NCBI GenBank assembly: GCA_010093995.1
Contig: ML992503.1
Location: forward strand, 2,186,919-2,250,918
Source of the DNA: Elsinoe ampelina
Taxonomy: Eukaryota
DNA length: 64,000 bases
Direction: 5' to 3'
Shown here piece after piece: positions 36,289 to 48,188 of this stretch (within the stretch, counting starts at the first letter, position 1; each line of letters starts with the position of its first letter). The translations under genes were made by a program, and so were the position numbers. The notes beneath the pieces were generated by a model. That model saw only the letters and a program-made list of their open reading frames with translations, was not told the DNA's origin and searched no databases.

Positions 36289-37122
36289 TCAGAGCCAGGC
36301 CCAAGTCACAGTCACTCGGCCGAGCTCTTCAGCAGCCATCTTGGTGAAGGCGCTGATGGTTACATCGATATCAGTCGGCTTGCATCCCACACCTTAGACA
36401 AGATTAGCATCCTTTTCGACTTTTCCCTATGCTGCCAGACTTACATCGATCGACTACCGTAAGATCAACGCTACGCTGCGAGCCCGTCTGTTCATTGAGC
36501 CTGCGAAGAGTCAGCGAGGTACAGGTCAATAGCATCTCATTGCGTGCCTGCTCGCTCGTAGCTTTCTTCCGCAGAGAGGATTCTGGTTCGGGTCGCTGCC
36601 AGTCTGTGCAGCGTCGAAGATAATCTTCGAAACAGCCACAATGTTCTCGGACGAGCTCGACGTGATGCCGCATGCTCCTAGGCCAGGTTCGTAGTATGTC
36701 AAATCACCGGTGAAAGTCTCCCGATTGGAAGGCAGCGGCAGGTTTTGGCTGCAAAGAATCATCAGAACACTTTCTTATCAAAGATTGTTTGTTGCTTACG
36801 CTTTACCACCACCGCCCGTCAAGCCTACGGCCAGCCCAATGATGAGCGCCAGAATCGCCAGGAAGGCGCAAACAATCGCAATCACGAACCATTTGCGCTT
36901 CAACCCCAGGTAGGTCCTATTCGGCGGCAAGATGGCGTCGAACCTTGGCCGGACCTTGTTCCGTGTGGAAGTGAATGTGTCGTTCAGTGCATCGAATCTA
37001 ATCGCATGCTGGACGTGGAGCGACTTCTCGGCATCGCTTGATCCGTGCCGTCCTGCACCCTCATGCTCCCACTCTGGCACCTGAATGGTTGTCTGCGGTT
37101 GTTGCTGTTGGTGTTCTGTCAT
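36289..37122 (-). CDS. Membrane-anchored RlpA-like double-psi beta-barrel (expansin-related) protein; 4 exons
   Basis: Single TM segment; FTGDLTYYEPGLGACG, NPLCGRK, TVVDRCVGC..DIDVTISAF, GRVTVTWAW. Confidence 0.85.
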
Positions 37123-37562
37123 GATGAATGCATGCTACATAGTTGGCGACGAAGAGAGAAATGGAGTTGGCAGCGCAAATGAAGACTTTCCAACCTGCCC
37201 GTCGCGAATTGGAACCGCCGTGTTTTGATTGATGAGGGCGGACTGTCGCCGACGAATCAAACTCTCGGGATCAGCGGCCATGATTCACCTCCCCCTTTTC
37301 TCAAGAGCAGATTGTGTCGCTGTCACATATTTCATGACCCAGTGAAGGAACGTCTTCTCGTAGCTTCACATTATCCTTTACTACATGGTCAGTCCTTGTC
37401 GCTCATGACTGAGCACCGGTGAAGAGGCGTCAAGCCGTCTTCTAAAATACGTGAATCGTGCTCAGGGGTTTCGCGATTCAGGCAGAATGAGGGGTTCCGT
37501 GGTGAAGGAACCTGTATGTCCTGGCATGCACATTCGTCTTCCATCCCACTGAGACCGTAAAC

Positions 37563-38306
37563 ATGGCTAGCAATCAAGATGAAGTGACCATCGGTCTGGC
37601 GGAATCAGAAAGAGACCTCGAACAAGCATACTTCTGTCTTTGCGAGGCCTTTGCCCGCCAGGCAAAGGATTCCGTATGGATGCTCATGAACCCTGGCTGG
37701 GATACGGAGGAGGGCCGCAAGCGCAATGCGCAACACATGATCGCAGCTTGGAAGTCCATACCGACCAATAAAGACGGCGAGCCGAATGCACTTTACCTGA
37801 CAGCAAAGGTGCCGGATCCCGACAAGCCTGGAGACCACAGGGTAGCTGGTATAGCAGTATGGAAACAGCTATCCTTTGTTGACGGCCAGGGCATCGCTTT
37901 CACAGGAGACATGTCGGAACCCTTGAAAAGCCTGGATGATAAAAATAGGCGCTTCGCCGGACAAATGTTCAAGTCCATGTGGAAACGACGCATTGCATAT
38001 CTGCACGAGGTCTCCGCGCAAGGATCCGGCCGAAACCCTCCTGCTATCTTCGTCCTAGACATCTGCGGTGTGGATCCTGCATTCCAACGTCGTGGAATTG
38101 CTGCGAAGCTGGTCCAATGGGGTCTAGAGGAGGCGAAGAAGAGAGGCAACCTCGAATGCACGACTGAAGGAAGTGCCATGGGAAGAGGTGTATATCGGAA
38201 GCTTGGCTTCAAGAATGAAGGAGAAGGAGACATCAAGTGGGAGGTTGATGATGAGTTCGCATCCTGGGACAAACCACCAAACATCTTTCTGCGGACAGGT
38301 GTATGA
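37563..38306 (+). CDS. GNAT-family acetyltransferase
   Basis: Motif A VDPAFQRRGIAAKLV; GRGVYRKLGF. Confidence 0.88.
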   Translation: MASNQDEVTIGLAESERDLEQAYFCLCEAFARQAKDSVWMLMNPGWDTEEGRKRNAQHMIAAWKSIPTNKDGEPNALYLTAKVPDPDKPGDHRVAGIAVWKQLSFVDGQGIAFTGDMSEPLKSLDDKNRRFAGQMFKSMWKRRIAYLHEVSAQGSGRNPPAIFVLDICGVDPAFQRRGIAAKLVQWGLEEAKKRGNLECTTEGSAMGRGVYRKLGFKNEGEGDIKWEVDDEFASWDKPPNIFLRTGV

Positions 38307-38781
38307 TAAAGGTCGAGGACATGAAGCATACTGCTTGTCAATTGCAGAGTCGGGATGACGTTCTCAAGTGTCACCATCTGTATTGGAAGCTCTATGACCG
38401 GGATAGACACAGTCGTGGCGGTATCCATGAATTGCCGCGACCGTCCGCTATGTGTACAGGTGAGTGAGTAATGGGAATGGAGCAGCGATTATCAATCAAC
38501 AATCTTTGCCTCACGAGGTTTGTGATGTGCTTAGCTGATCTGATGTGGTCTGTCACGTGATAGGGCGGCGGTTCGACGGAGAGGATGTGAACACTTGCGC
38601 AGCAAGCAGACAGGGACGGGATCTTCAAGCATTGCGCGTTTCCACGTGAGGAAGGGGGCAAGCAGAGTGCAAACTTCACATGACGACAACTCACACCCGA
38701 CGCTACAACAAACGACAATCCATATCCTAAATACACCTAAGCTTGCACGAACCGAAAATCGACCTCTTATGCTTCGTTAAA

Positions 38782-40802
38782 ATGCCTACCACCGATGACC
38801 GCAAGGAGCACTTTGCAAAAAAGAGACTCACATTCATCCTCGTTGCCTTCGTTGTCGGTGTTCTGTGCAGCACACACCCTCGCAAGTACTTTCAAGAAGC
38901 AGGATACGGCCCTCAATCCAAAGACGACAAGAAGGACAAGCCCAACGACAAGGGAAAGAAGAGGCCAAGGAGACCAGCGAGGCCGGAAGAGGAGCTATGG
39001 AGCCCACCACAGCAGGTAAGATTCAAAGAAGTGACCCAGCCGAGGACCTCAAGAATGCCCCGCCGCCGCTACAGCGATTCCGACACTGGTTTACCTCGTC
39101 ATCGACAAGGACGTCCCAACCCTATGGACTTCTATCAGGACCAAGACCAATAGGAAGAAATCATCTCCTGGACGATGATCCTCGTGCACTGGTACTCTCA
39201 CATCTTCACATGGCCTGGCGAGATGGGCCGGACGATGACCCATCCACGATCACAACTCCTAGGTAGGTACCATGACAGGCATGGCCGCAGTCTGTTGACA
39301 CACGACATAGAGACGACCATGCACGAACTCCAAGACCCGCGGCGCAGCACTCTCCTTCGAATGAATCCAAGATGTCCACGTCCTCAGCATTCTCCAAAAG
39401 CTCAAGCGGAAGCAGCTTCGCCCGATTACTCGGCCGCCGCAAGAACGACGCCCATACTTTCAAGCAGAACAGAAAGGCCGCAAAGTCTCTAGCTCTGGCA
39501 TGTCCGGTGACGCCGGAGTTTGAGCGGCCTTCCATGTCTTCACGTCCTATCATTGTCGAGGACACAGCACCAAACCCATTCGTTGTCCGCCGGTCCACCA
39601 GTGGAAGCTCTAGTAACGACTCCGTCTTGCGAAGTCCGTTACCACGAATGCAGAGCACACCACCAACACTCTCGACATCATCCAGTCGTACTGCCGTCTA
39701 CGCTACCAGCCCTCCAGGAGACAGGAGCAGCTTCCTCGACACGGACCCACACGCCGAGACGCCCAAAGTGCGACCTCAATTGAGACGTGGACGAAGCACA
39801 AGATCTGCTGTCCACGAGCAGCAATTCATGACAGGCTCTCAGATTGGACCACCGACTCCGCTCTCTTTCCAGTCACCCATGCCAAGTCCACGCCTCGACT
39901 TCAGAGCACGCAATATCGAGCGATCCACTATCGAAGAAGACCAAGCCTACAGAGGCGGAGAGCGCTTGGGGTCACCATTACCCAACCCTCTGGAGCTGCT
40001 CAATAGCCACCCAAGCATCGCCAAACCCGCCACTGCCACACGCAGAACATCTTTCTTGTCAAGTTTGTGGAAGCGTCGGCCGAGCCAAAATGCTACTCCT
40101 GCGTCGATCGTCTTGCCGTCTCCGAGCATATATATACCGGGTGATTTGACTGGTACTCCAGCGACCACGACCTCGTATGTGCGACCCAGTTATTTTGGCA
40201 AGCGTAGACACCACTCAGACGATACTTTGTCCAATGTCTCACCACACACGAAACGAGGTACCAAACGACGTTCCAAGGACGACTCTGCCACTTCGCCCAG
40301 GGTATACATAGATGTGACCGAGTGGCTACAGCAGAGCGCGACGCCACTCGGTACCGAATACTTGGCGTCAGATGGCAAGCAGTATCCACGGATGTACTTG
40401 ACTAGCCCTAGTAGTCCCAGTTTCCTACCCTCGGAGATGAGGCGAGTGAACACACCTCCCGTACGTCAAGTGGCCAGCGCAGGTGGCACTCGGGGCATAG
40501 GCAGGAACTTCGCTCTCGGTACGAATCAAACGAACGAGTCCGAAGAGTCTCTCGTGTCCCCTCCGGAGCGAAGGAGGAGGAAAGAAAAGCAGTCTCCACC
40601 AATCGACCGTCCAGGTGATGAGCAGAGAGACTTCTTCAGAATGAGAATCGATCAGGTTCTAAACACGCCCGATGAACAAACGGCTGGCTTCTCGTTTGAC
40701 ATACCGGATCATCTACCAAGCAGTCCGCTCTGCCCTCTACATCCGAAGCACCATGGAGGTCAAAAGCTGATCTGTCCGATGCATGGAAGAGCAAAGAAGT
40801 AG
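38782..40802 (+). CDS. Uncharacterised Ser/Pro/Arg-rich protein with N-terminal hydrophobic segment and C-terminal Cys/His motif; 3-exon model
   Basis: Introns 39016-39074 and 39263-39310 join three ORFs in frame; ends DHLPSSPLCPLHPKHHGGQKLICPMHGR. Confidence 0.55.
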
Positions 40803-41077
40803 CGGTGGACGGTCTGGGACCATGGGCGATGGGAATAGCGAAGCTCAGTGGAAGAATGGGTTACCTAGAGGAGTATTGCTCGAGAATATATAGCAGACCA
40901 TGTCATCAAGCATTCGGCCAGAACCACTATCTCAATGCCTGCGCAACCAATGTGAACGCGGAACGCTTCCGCAGTGAAGCTCGAAAGTTTGCGAACAGCA
41001 GCCGCACAACTTCACTTGGTACAACCGCTTGTGCGACTTCACCTCAAGACGAGAACAATACGCATTGATTGACCACA

Positions 41078-42387
41078 ATGGCAGCAGTGAATGGCGATGT
41101 GCCCGACCCTCTCATCCTCTTGCGCGACTCCATTGCCAACAATACGACACCTCTCCCAACCTCGACAGCGAATCCATCAGAAGCCTCGGATGCAGCACCT
41201 CTTGTGAGCGCGACTCATCTCCTCTTCAATACACAAAAGCCAGGCGAGGCAGCTCAGACGATCATATCCCTTTCCACACAAACAAGATTCATCTCACAGC
41301 GCGACAATGCACCGCTCGATCTACTCTCGGTCTACTTTAGTTGGACGAATCGCGATGCAGGTCTACAGGATTACATTGCAGCTGTAAGAGCTTTGGACGA
41401 GGCGCGAACAAGCAGTGGACTTTCTGGGGTTACCAATGTCGGCTTCACAGAGCGTGTCGACCTTGCGAGTTGGCTCAATGGCGAGACGGACGAGAGCGAG
41501 TTCATCAAGCGTGCAGATGACAATAAGGAGTCAAGGAAGGCAGCAGATGGCGCTGCTGACCTAGCCAGGGGGGATGATGTGACGATGGGAGATGCACCAC
41601 CGTCGGGCAGGCGGGAGGAGGAGAGAATCAAGAGCATATATCGAATGGAGCGCAGCTTGGGAGACAGGAACACAGTGTTGAGGGGGATCAAGCCAACCGT
41701 GAGTACCACTAGCGACCCTGCGTAGCATCATACTAATTATGCCAGGACTTCTCCCACGTACGTAAAATCTCGGAAACACTCCTCCGCCGCACCTCATCCC
41801 GACCCAACGGACCAGTCCCCGCACCACCAACAACAGTCGCCTCACGGCCCGCGAAACCATCCGGACGACGACCAGAGCCCATCATCCTCCTCTCACCCTC
41901 CGCTTCCTCCCTCCTCCGCCTAAGCAATATCAAATCCTTCCTCGTCGACGGCGTCTACAACTCCCCCGCATCATCCAGCACAGGCGCCAACATGGTGCAA
42001 ATTACCCGCACCATCCCCTCCATCGACGCTTCACGTCCTCTACGATTCATCCTCGTCGAATCACCCGAGAACTTCAAGCCGGACTACTGGAATCGTGTCG
42101 TGGCTGTCTTCACTACAGGTCAAGCGTGGCAGTTCAAGGGGTACAAGTGGTCGCATCCTGCTGATTTGTTTGCGCATGCTATGGGCGTGTATGTGGGGTG
42201 GCGGGGCGAGACCGTCCCGGATACGGTCAAGGGGTGGGGGAGAGGTGTGCTGACTGCGCAGATTGATGCGTGGAGGGAGGGGCAGACGGCGCAGCAGCGG
42301 TGGCGGGACAGGGAGGTGGTGGAGGAGATTTGGGCGGCTGTTGAGGCGAGTATGCGGAGTAAAGGGTTTGCGAGGGAGGGGAGGTAG
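41078..42387 (+). CDS. CDC73: Paf1 complex subunit Cdc73
   Basis: DPLILLRDSI; DRNTVLRGIKPT|DFSHVRK; PIILLSPSASSLL; DYWNRVVAVFTTGQAWQFKGYKW; intron 41699-41745. Confidence 0.94.
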
Positions 42388-42645
42388 CTGGAGGCTTACA
42401 TGCTTGGAAGTATAGCGTGGTAGCACGGTTGTGCGCTCATGATAGTCTGTAAGGTGGAGGTATCCTGTTATGAAGCATCCTTTGGGTCGGAGCGTGGCGT
42501 TCTAGGGCAATCAGTGGTGCGAGGAAATGCCAGGTTAAGCCCAGAGATTAGCGATTCGGGCAAATGAGACCGCTCGGAATGAAGGCACCATGCCTCCCAA
42601 GGGACTGTGCAGGCGAGAACAGTGCCACCCAAATAGCCCTACCCA

Positions 42646-43509
42646 TCATATAATCTTCCCCCCAGCATGCGCCATACCCTGCGTCTCCTCCACCCTCCTC
42701 AACCAATCCCCCACCAACGCCCTCAACACCTCCACCTCCATCTCATCCACCGGCAACCCATGCCCCGCCCTATCCAACACCACATACGTCGCCCTCGGAT
42801 ACGCCTCCAGTATCCCAAACGCATCCCTAAACCCAACATCCGCATCCACCCTCCCGGCCACAATCAAAGTCGGCTTCCCAAACGGCTCCTCGCGAGTATG
42901 CATCCTCGCCGTCAACCTATACCTGGCCGGATCCCCCCTGATTCTCCCCAAAACCACCCCGTCCGCCTTCACCGACTCCTCGTCCCACAACTTGACCTTC
43001 TCCCGGAGCGCAGCGACGTACGCCCTCGTCTGCACGGAAATGTCCCCCAGCGCGTCCCGCTCCGCGTCCGGCAGCCATGACAGATCCCCCACGACGGCAG
43101 GGGCGAAAGGGTCGACGTCCCGGTTTGGCGAGTGGGGTTCTGTCACCGGGACGCGCAGGAAGAGACCGTCGACGTGGGCGGCGAAGCGGTGGGCCAGGGC
43201 TCGGGCGAGGTAGCCGCCGCAGGAAGTGCCGATGAGGAGGAAGCGGGAGGGGAGGATGTGGGTTTCGATGAAGGAGGCGAGGTGGAGCAGGATGTCGGTG
43301 AGGGATTGGATGGTGGTGGTGGGGGAGAGGGCGTGGGCGGGGAGGAGGGGGTAGATGCGGCGGTGGGTGGGGGAGGTGGAGGGGAGGGAGGTGAAGATGG
43401 GTTCCAGGTCGGCGGCTTCGGCGGTCGGGGACATGGTCCAGCCGTGGATGATGAGGATGGGGGGGCCGGTGCCGAAGGATTGGAAGGGGAGGTCGGGTGG
43501 GGTGGTCAT
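42646..43509 (-). CDS. Alpha/beta hydrolase, intronless
   Basis: ILIIHGW; nucleophile elbow GTSCGG; PTLIVAGRVD; LDRAGH. Confidence 0.88.
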   Translation of the reverse strand: MTTPPDLPFQSFGTGPPILIIHGWTMSPTAEAADLEPIFTSLPSTSPTHRRIYPLLPAHALSPTTTIQSLTDILLHLASFIETHILPSRFLLIGTSCGGYLARALAHRFAAHVDGLFLRVPVTEPHSPNRDVDPFAPAVVGDLSWLPDAERDALGDISVQTRAYVAALREKVKLWDEESVKADGVVLGRIRGDPARYRLTARMHTREEPFGKPTLIVAGRVDADVGFRDAFGILEAYPRATYVVLDRAGHGLPVDEMEVEVLRALVGDWLRRVEETQGMAHAGGKII

Positions 43510-43946
43510 GGTGGTGGTGGTGGCGAAGTCTCAGAAGTTGTCGTTTTGGGCTAGGATTGATGATATTGTGAGGTATCTTGCATTCGGCGTCCAGGTCAGG
43601 ATGGGAGGGTAACACTTACTCTACCTGAGCGAACACAGGTACGTTACAGAACGAATCTGACATGTATTTGGTGGCGATCCATCGCCGGTTCTCTGACGAA
43701 GACTTCAGCGGAGGCACATGGGAAGCCTAAATCTTTCGTAATCGCAACCACCAGTTGACGCACTATCTATCAGTGGCTTGATCGGCATCATAAGGTTTGC
43801 TTACAGACCTCGCTACTGAGGCAGTAAGTCGACTATTTTCGAATGCGTGGGATGTTTCTGTAATTGATATGTGTCCGTAGCATTATGAAGAGCAAGCCCA
43901 CCCAAGCCACACCGACCCTCCCCCCTGATCTCTCCCTGTCCCGCCT

Positions 43947-45686
43947 CTACTCCTCCAAAGCATAAGGTTCCACGACCGCAATACCCGTCACCGCAGGAAT
44001 AGTCACACAGATCGGGAACCCACCATAATCCGGATCCTCACTGGGCATGATGGCCAACTTCCCACTCCTCGTCTCATCCCCATTCAATCTCCTCCTCGTC
44101 TTCAGCTCCGTGCCCCCCACCACCTCCTTCTCCTCAAAGTTCAATATCCCCGTGAACGTCGCCTTGCTACTCAACGACTCAAACCCCACCTGAAACCCAT
44201 ACCCGACAAGCAAAAACCTATCCCCCTCCAAATGCACCACCATCCCCGCCCCCGGCGCCGGGTGACCAAACACAAAACTCCTCTCAATCTTCAGCCTCCA
44301 CCCCGCCATCTCCACTGTCCTCACCGGACTCGGATCCGATCCCGCCTTGGGCATCTCGTCGAAGTAAAACCCCACCGCACTCCCCGGCCTCCTCTGCGCA
44401 TCCAGCAACCAATGCTTCACCTTCCCCAAAAGCGCATACTCCCTCGTGAACGGATTCGTCGCAGGGACCAACCTCTCGTCGTCGATCCCGAACGGACTCA
44501 CCCCCAACGCAGAGAAGGTCGCGTAGGCGGTCCAGATCCGTCTCGCGCCGAACGCATCCCTTCTCTGCTCAGGGATGAACAAAGCCTGGTTGCGATGGCG
44601 GTACTTCTCGCACGAAGAAGTGTAGTCGTTCAGGTACACGTCCGGCGCGATGAAGGACAGGGATGGTGCGAAACGTTGCCATATGTCGAGCACGTTGATC
44701 ACGCCGCCGCCTGACGGGTAGTCGCCTGGCTGGTTCCCGCCGCCGACGATCGAGGGGGAGCTGAGAGCCGAGGAGTCGGCGTCGGCGTCGAAGTAGTTTT
44801 GCCAGACGTTGGTGTAGAGGGGGATGGGGTAGGCGGCGAGGCCGGCCGAAGCGACTTGTTCGAGGTAGAGGGTGTAGTGGTAGGCCATGAAGAGTTCGTC
44901 GGTGGAGGGGGAGGGGCCGAAGACCTCGGCCCAGGATGAGTGGCCGGGGGTGTGGGTGGTGGATCTGAAGGTTGCGAGGCGAGATTGGAGGGCGGGGTGG
45001 AGTTGGTCGTAGTCATTGGCGAGGAAGTCGAGGAGGTCGGTGGGGACGGGTTGGGAGAAGCGGGCTTCTGCTGCTGGGCTGCGGTCGCGGGAGTCGCCAA
45101 GGAGACCGGTTTCGTTTTCGACTTGGACCATGAGGACGGTGGAGTGGGCCTCGTCGATGTCCTTGAGATGACCCATCAGCTTGGCAAATGCTTTGGCATC
45201 GGCACGCTGAGCTTCGGTGTGGAAGATGGAGACAACGTCAGCGGTCTCGAGCACTGCACCGGCCTTGCTGAGCTTTGCTCGTGGGAATCGCTTGAAATCT
45301 TTCTTGACCCAGCCGGGAGCATAAGTTGAGATTCCTGCGCACACGTAAGTATCATAGCGGTGCAGTACTGTCCGGCAGCTCTTACCATTCTTGAAAGACC
45401 CGAACCAAAGCAGCACCAAGTGCATGTCATGAGACCGAGCATCCAGGATGATCTGATCGATAACAGAAAAGTCAAAAGAGTCTTCTATCGGCTCGATCAT
45501 TTCCCAGGTCACACACCCGAGGGCAGTGTTGACATTGGTGTCTTTCAGCTTCTGCCATGTCTCCCGCATGTATTCTACAGATGTGAGGGAAGAGTTCTGA
45601 AGTTCTCCGGCAAGCATTAAGAAGGGTTCGCCATTGACAATCAGCTGTTGCGTGTCCGCGGTCTTCTGGAGGTAAGGAGGAGACAT
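43947..45686 (-). CDS. GH35 beta-galactosidase with DUF5597-type C-terminus, no signal peptide
   Basis: PFLMLAGELQNSS, LLWFGSFKNG, VLMVQVENE, YPSGG, IAPDVY, LFIPE, RRLNGDE; one in-frame 51-nt intron after KNG. Confidence 0.88.
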   Translation of the reverse strand: MSPPYLQKTADTQQLIVNGEPFLMLAGELQNSSLTSVEYMRETWQKLKDTNVNTALGCVTWEMIEPIEDSFDFSVIDQIILDARSHDMHLVLLWFGSFKNGKSCRTVLHRYDTYVCAGISTYAPGWVKKDFKRFPRAKLSKAGAVLETADVVSIFHTEAQRADAKAFAKLMGHLKDIDEAHSTVLMVQVENETGLLGDSRDRSPAAEARFSQPVPTDLLDFLANDYDQLHPALQSRLATFRSTTHTPGHSSWAEVFGPSPSTDELFMAYHYTLYLEQVASAGLAAYPIPLYTNVWQNYFDADADSSALSSPSIVGGGNQPGDYPSGGGVINVLDIWQRFAPSLSFIAPDVYLNDYTSSCEKYRHRNQALFIPEQRRDAFGARRIWTAYATFSALGVSPFGIDDERLVPATNPFTREYALLGKVKHWLLDAQRRPGSAVGFYFDEMPKAGSDPSPVRTVEMAGWRLKIERSFVFGHPAPGAGMVVHLEGDRFLLVGYGFQVGFESLSSKATFTGILNFEEKEVVGGTELKTRRRLNGDETRSGKLAIMPSEDPDYGGFPICVTIPAVTGIAVVEPYALEE

Positions 45687-46211
45687 CCTGATGATGTGAG
45701 TGGCAGATGGTTGTTGGGAAATCGTAAAAGAGCAGAGGTACCTCTATCGACCTACCGTCTGCAGAATATATACTGCATAGTCAAGCACAACAACGGAATG
45801 GCGGCTGAATACCTAGTCGACATTGCAGGAAATGACCAATGATGCGGCAGGATGAATGGAAAAATAGCCTCCACACGTGGCGGCATCTCGGATATGCGAC
45901 TTGGTGTGGAGAGGACACGTCGATTCTGCGGAGTTTCGAATCGTTGATTGGGTCATTTGCCGCGGTCTCAGAGATCCGTCGGCGGGTCGGAGTATCAGCC
46001 AATCAGACTACTTGGACGCCGAAGTGGTCGTATAGAGTGAAATGCTTAACCGGTACTTTCGTAATTGCCCCGACTTCCATCTCCGCATTTGACCATGTGC
46101 TAGATCGTGGGGTCAAGACATATAAACATGCTCCTTGTCTGCACAGTGAAGGACGCACCTTCGACTTCTCCTTCTATCGATTTCTACTATTAGGAATCTG
46201 CAGCAGCAGCC
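45687..46211. promoter_or_regulatory. Divergent promoter shared by the GH35 gene and the sugar transporter
   Basis: TATAAA 46121; SYGGRG matches at 45869, 45906, 45928, 46081, 46107; CGG-N10-CCG at 45963-45978. Confidence 0.5.
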
Positions 46212-48091
46212 ATGGCAAGCCACACCCTCTCCGAGAAAGCACCGGTGGAGACAAGTAGTCACCACGAGGTCGGGGTGCAGACCAATACTCGCATTGAGTT
46301 CGAAAGAGTCACTTGGTACAAGCATGCCGGCCTCCGCAAGTTGTACGCCATGATACCCATCTTGTTCCTAGGGTCGACCATCAATGGCTACGACGGAAGT
46401 CTACTCAACGGATTGCAGACCATGGTACCCTGGCAGACATGTAAGCTCTCTGCCCCTCCCTATATGTTGATGGTTCCTGACTCACGCCCTTCTAGACTTT
46501 GACAACCCAGACGGCGCGCGTCTTGGGCTATTTACTGCCATCCAAAACATCGGTGGTGTTTGCGCTCTCTTCTTTTGTAAGTCGTTCGGGTGGTTGGATG
46601 ACGCGTCTCTTACAATAGATAGCTTCGTATGCCGCAGACTTGTTGGGGCGGAGACTTGGAGTGGTGGTTGGAATCATTGTCCTGCTTGTGGGGACAGTCA
46701 TGCAAGGTATGCATGATAGTGGCTGCCTTCTTGCAAGAGAGCTGATCGCAAACAGTGGTGCCCGCTGTCAACGAAGGACTTTTCATCGGAGGACGATTCT
46801 TGGTCGGTCTCGGGTATGTCTACTAGTTCTATCAGGGGAATTTCTGGTCTGACCCAGTCTAGGTCGAATCTATCGCAAGGATCTGCACCTCTTCTCATCA
46901 TGGAGCTAGCCCACCCCCAGCATCGCGGCACTGTTACGACCATGTACAATACTTTGTGGTATATTGGATCGATTATCGCGGCATGGACAGTATTTGGTAC
47001 TGTAGGATACACGACGGACGCAGGGTGGAGGATACCTGTTGCACTTCAAGCTCTTATGCCTGTCATTCAACTCTTCGGTATCTGGTTACTTCCGGAAAGT
47101 CCACGTTGGCTTTGTGCGCGTGGCCGTCACGATGAAGCAAAAGCAGTCCTCGTTAAGGTGAAATTGACCTGATCGATCGGTAGCTCTGTCTGACCTGTTG
47201 CACAGTACCACGCCAGCGGAGACAGCCAAAACGAATTCGTACAAAGGGAATTTATTGAGATTCAGGAGACGATACTTGCGGAACAGGAAGCCTCAAAAGC
47301 CGGATGGCAGGTATTCCTGCAAACACCAGGCAATCGTAAGAGATTGCTCCTCATCGCTTTGACCTCCTTCTTCTCTCAGTGTTCTGGCAATGGCCTGGTG
47401 TCGTACTATCTTCACGACATCTTGAACTCGGTCGGCATTGTCGGTTCTTACGAACAGTCCCTGATCAACGGCGGGCTCCAGATATGGTCGTTCCTGGTAG
47501 CAATCATCTTCTCTGCCTTCTTGGTAGATAAATTGGGGCGTCGAAAGTTGTTCTTGATCGCTGGCGTCGGAATGCTGATCACATTTAGCATTTGGACCGG
47601 GTATGTCGCTGACTCAATCCTCATTGACTTTGACTGCATCAGTGCTAACAATTCCTAGATGCTCGGCCGTATATGCAAAGACAGGCAATGCCGGTGCCGG
47701 ATCTGCGGTGATAGCCATGATCTTCCTCTTCTATGGCGTTGCAGGGTTCGCTTGGCCAGGTCTGACAGTGGCATATTGCGCGGAGATTCTGCCCTTCAAC
47801 ATTCGAGCCAAAGGACTGGCGATCAATTTTGCTCTCACCGCATCAGCTTCGGTGTTCAACCAATACGTCAACCCTGTAGGGCTGAAGTCTCTGGCTTGGA
47901 GGTTCTACTTCGTGTACATCGCCATCCTGGTCATTGAATGTCTCTGCATCTACTTCTTATTTGTCGAAACCAGAGGGCCTTCGCTGGAGGAGATCGCAGA
48001 GTTGTTCGACGGACCGGACGCAGCGATTGCTGGAAACAGGCTATCGGAGAAGACTGATAAAGCCGTCGAGGTCGATAAGGACGATAATTGA
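46212..48091 (+). CDS. MFS sugar porter, lactose permease/cellodextrin transporter-like; 7 exons
   Basis: TINGYDGSLLNGLQ, ELAHPQHRG, WRIP..PESPRWL, FSQCSGNGLVSYY, VDKLGRR, AEILPFNIRAKG, FVETRGPSLEEI. Confidence 0.92.
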
Positions 48092-48188
48092 GATTTGCTC
48101 TCATTCCGATTGATCGAAAGTATGAAATTGTCGAGAATGTAATGGTGCACACTTTCGTCGTAGTTCCATGTTTGTGATTTGCCGAGCT

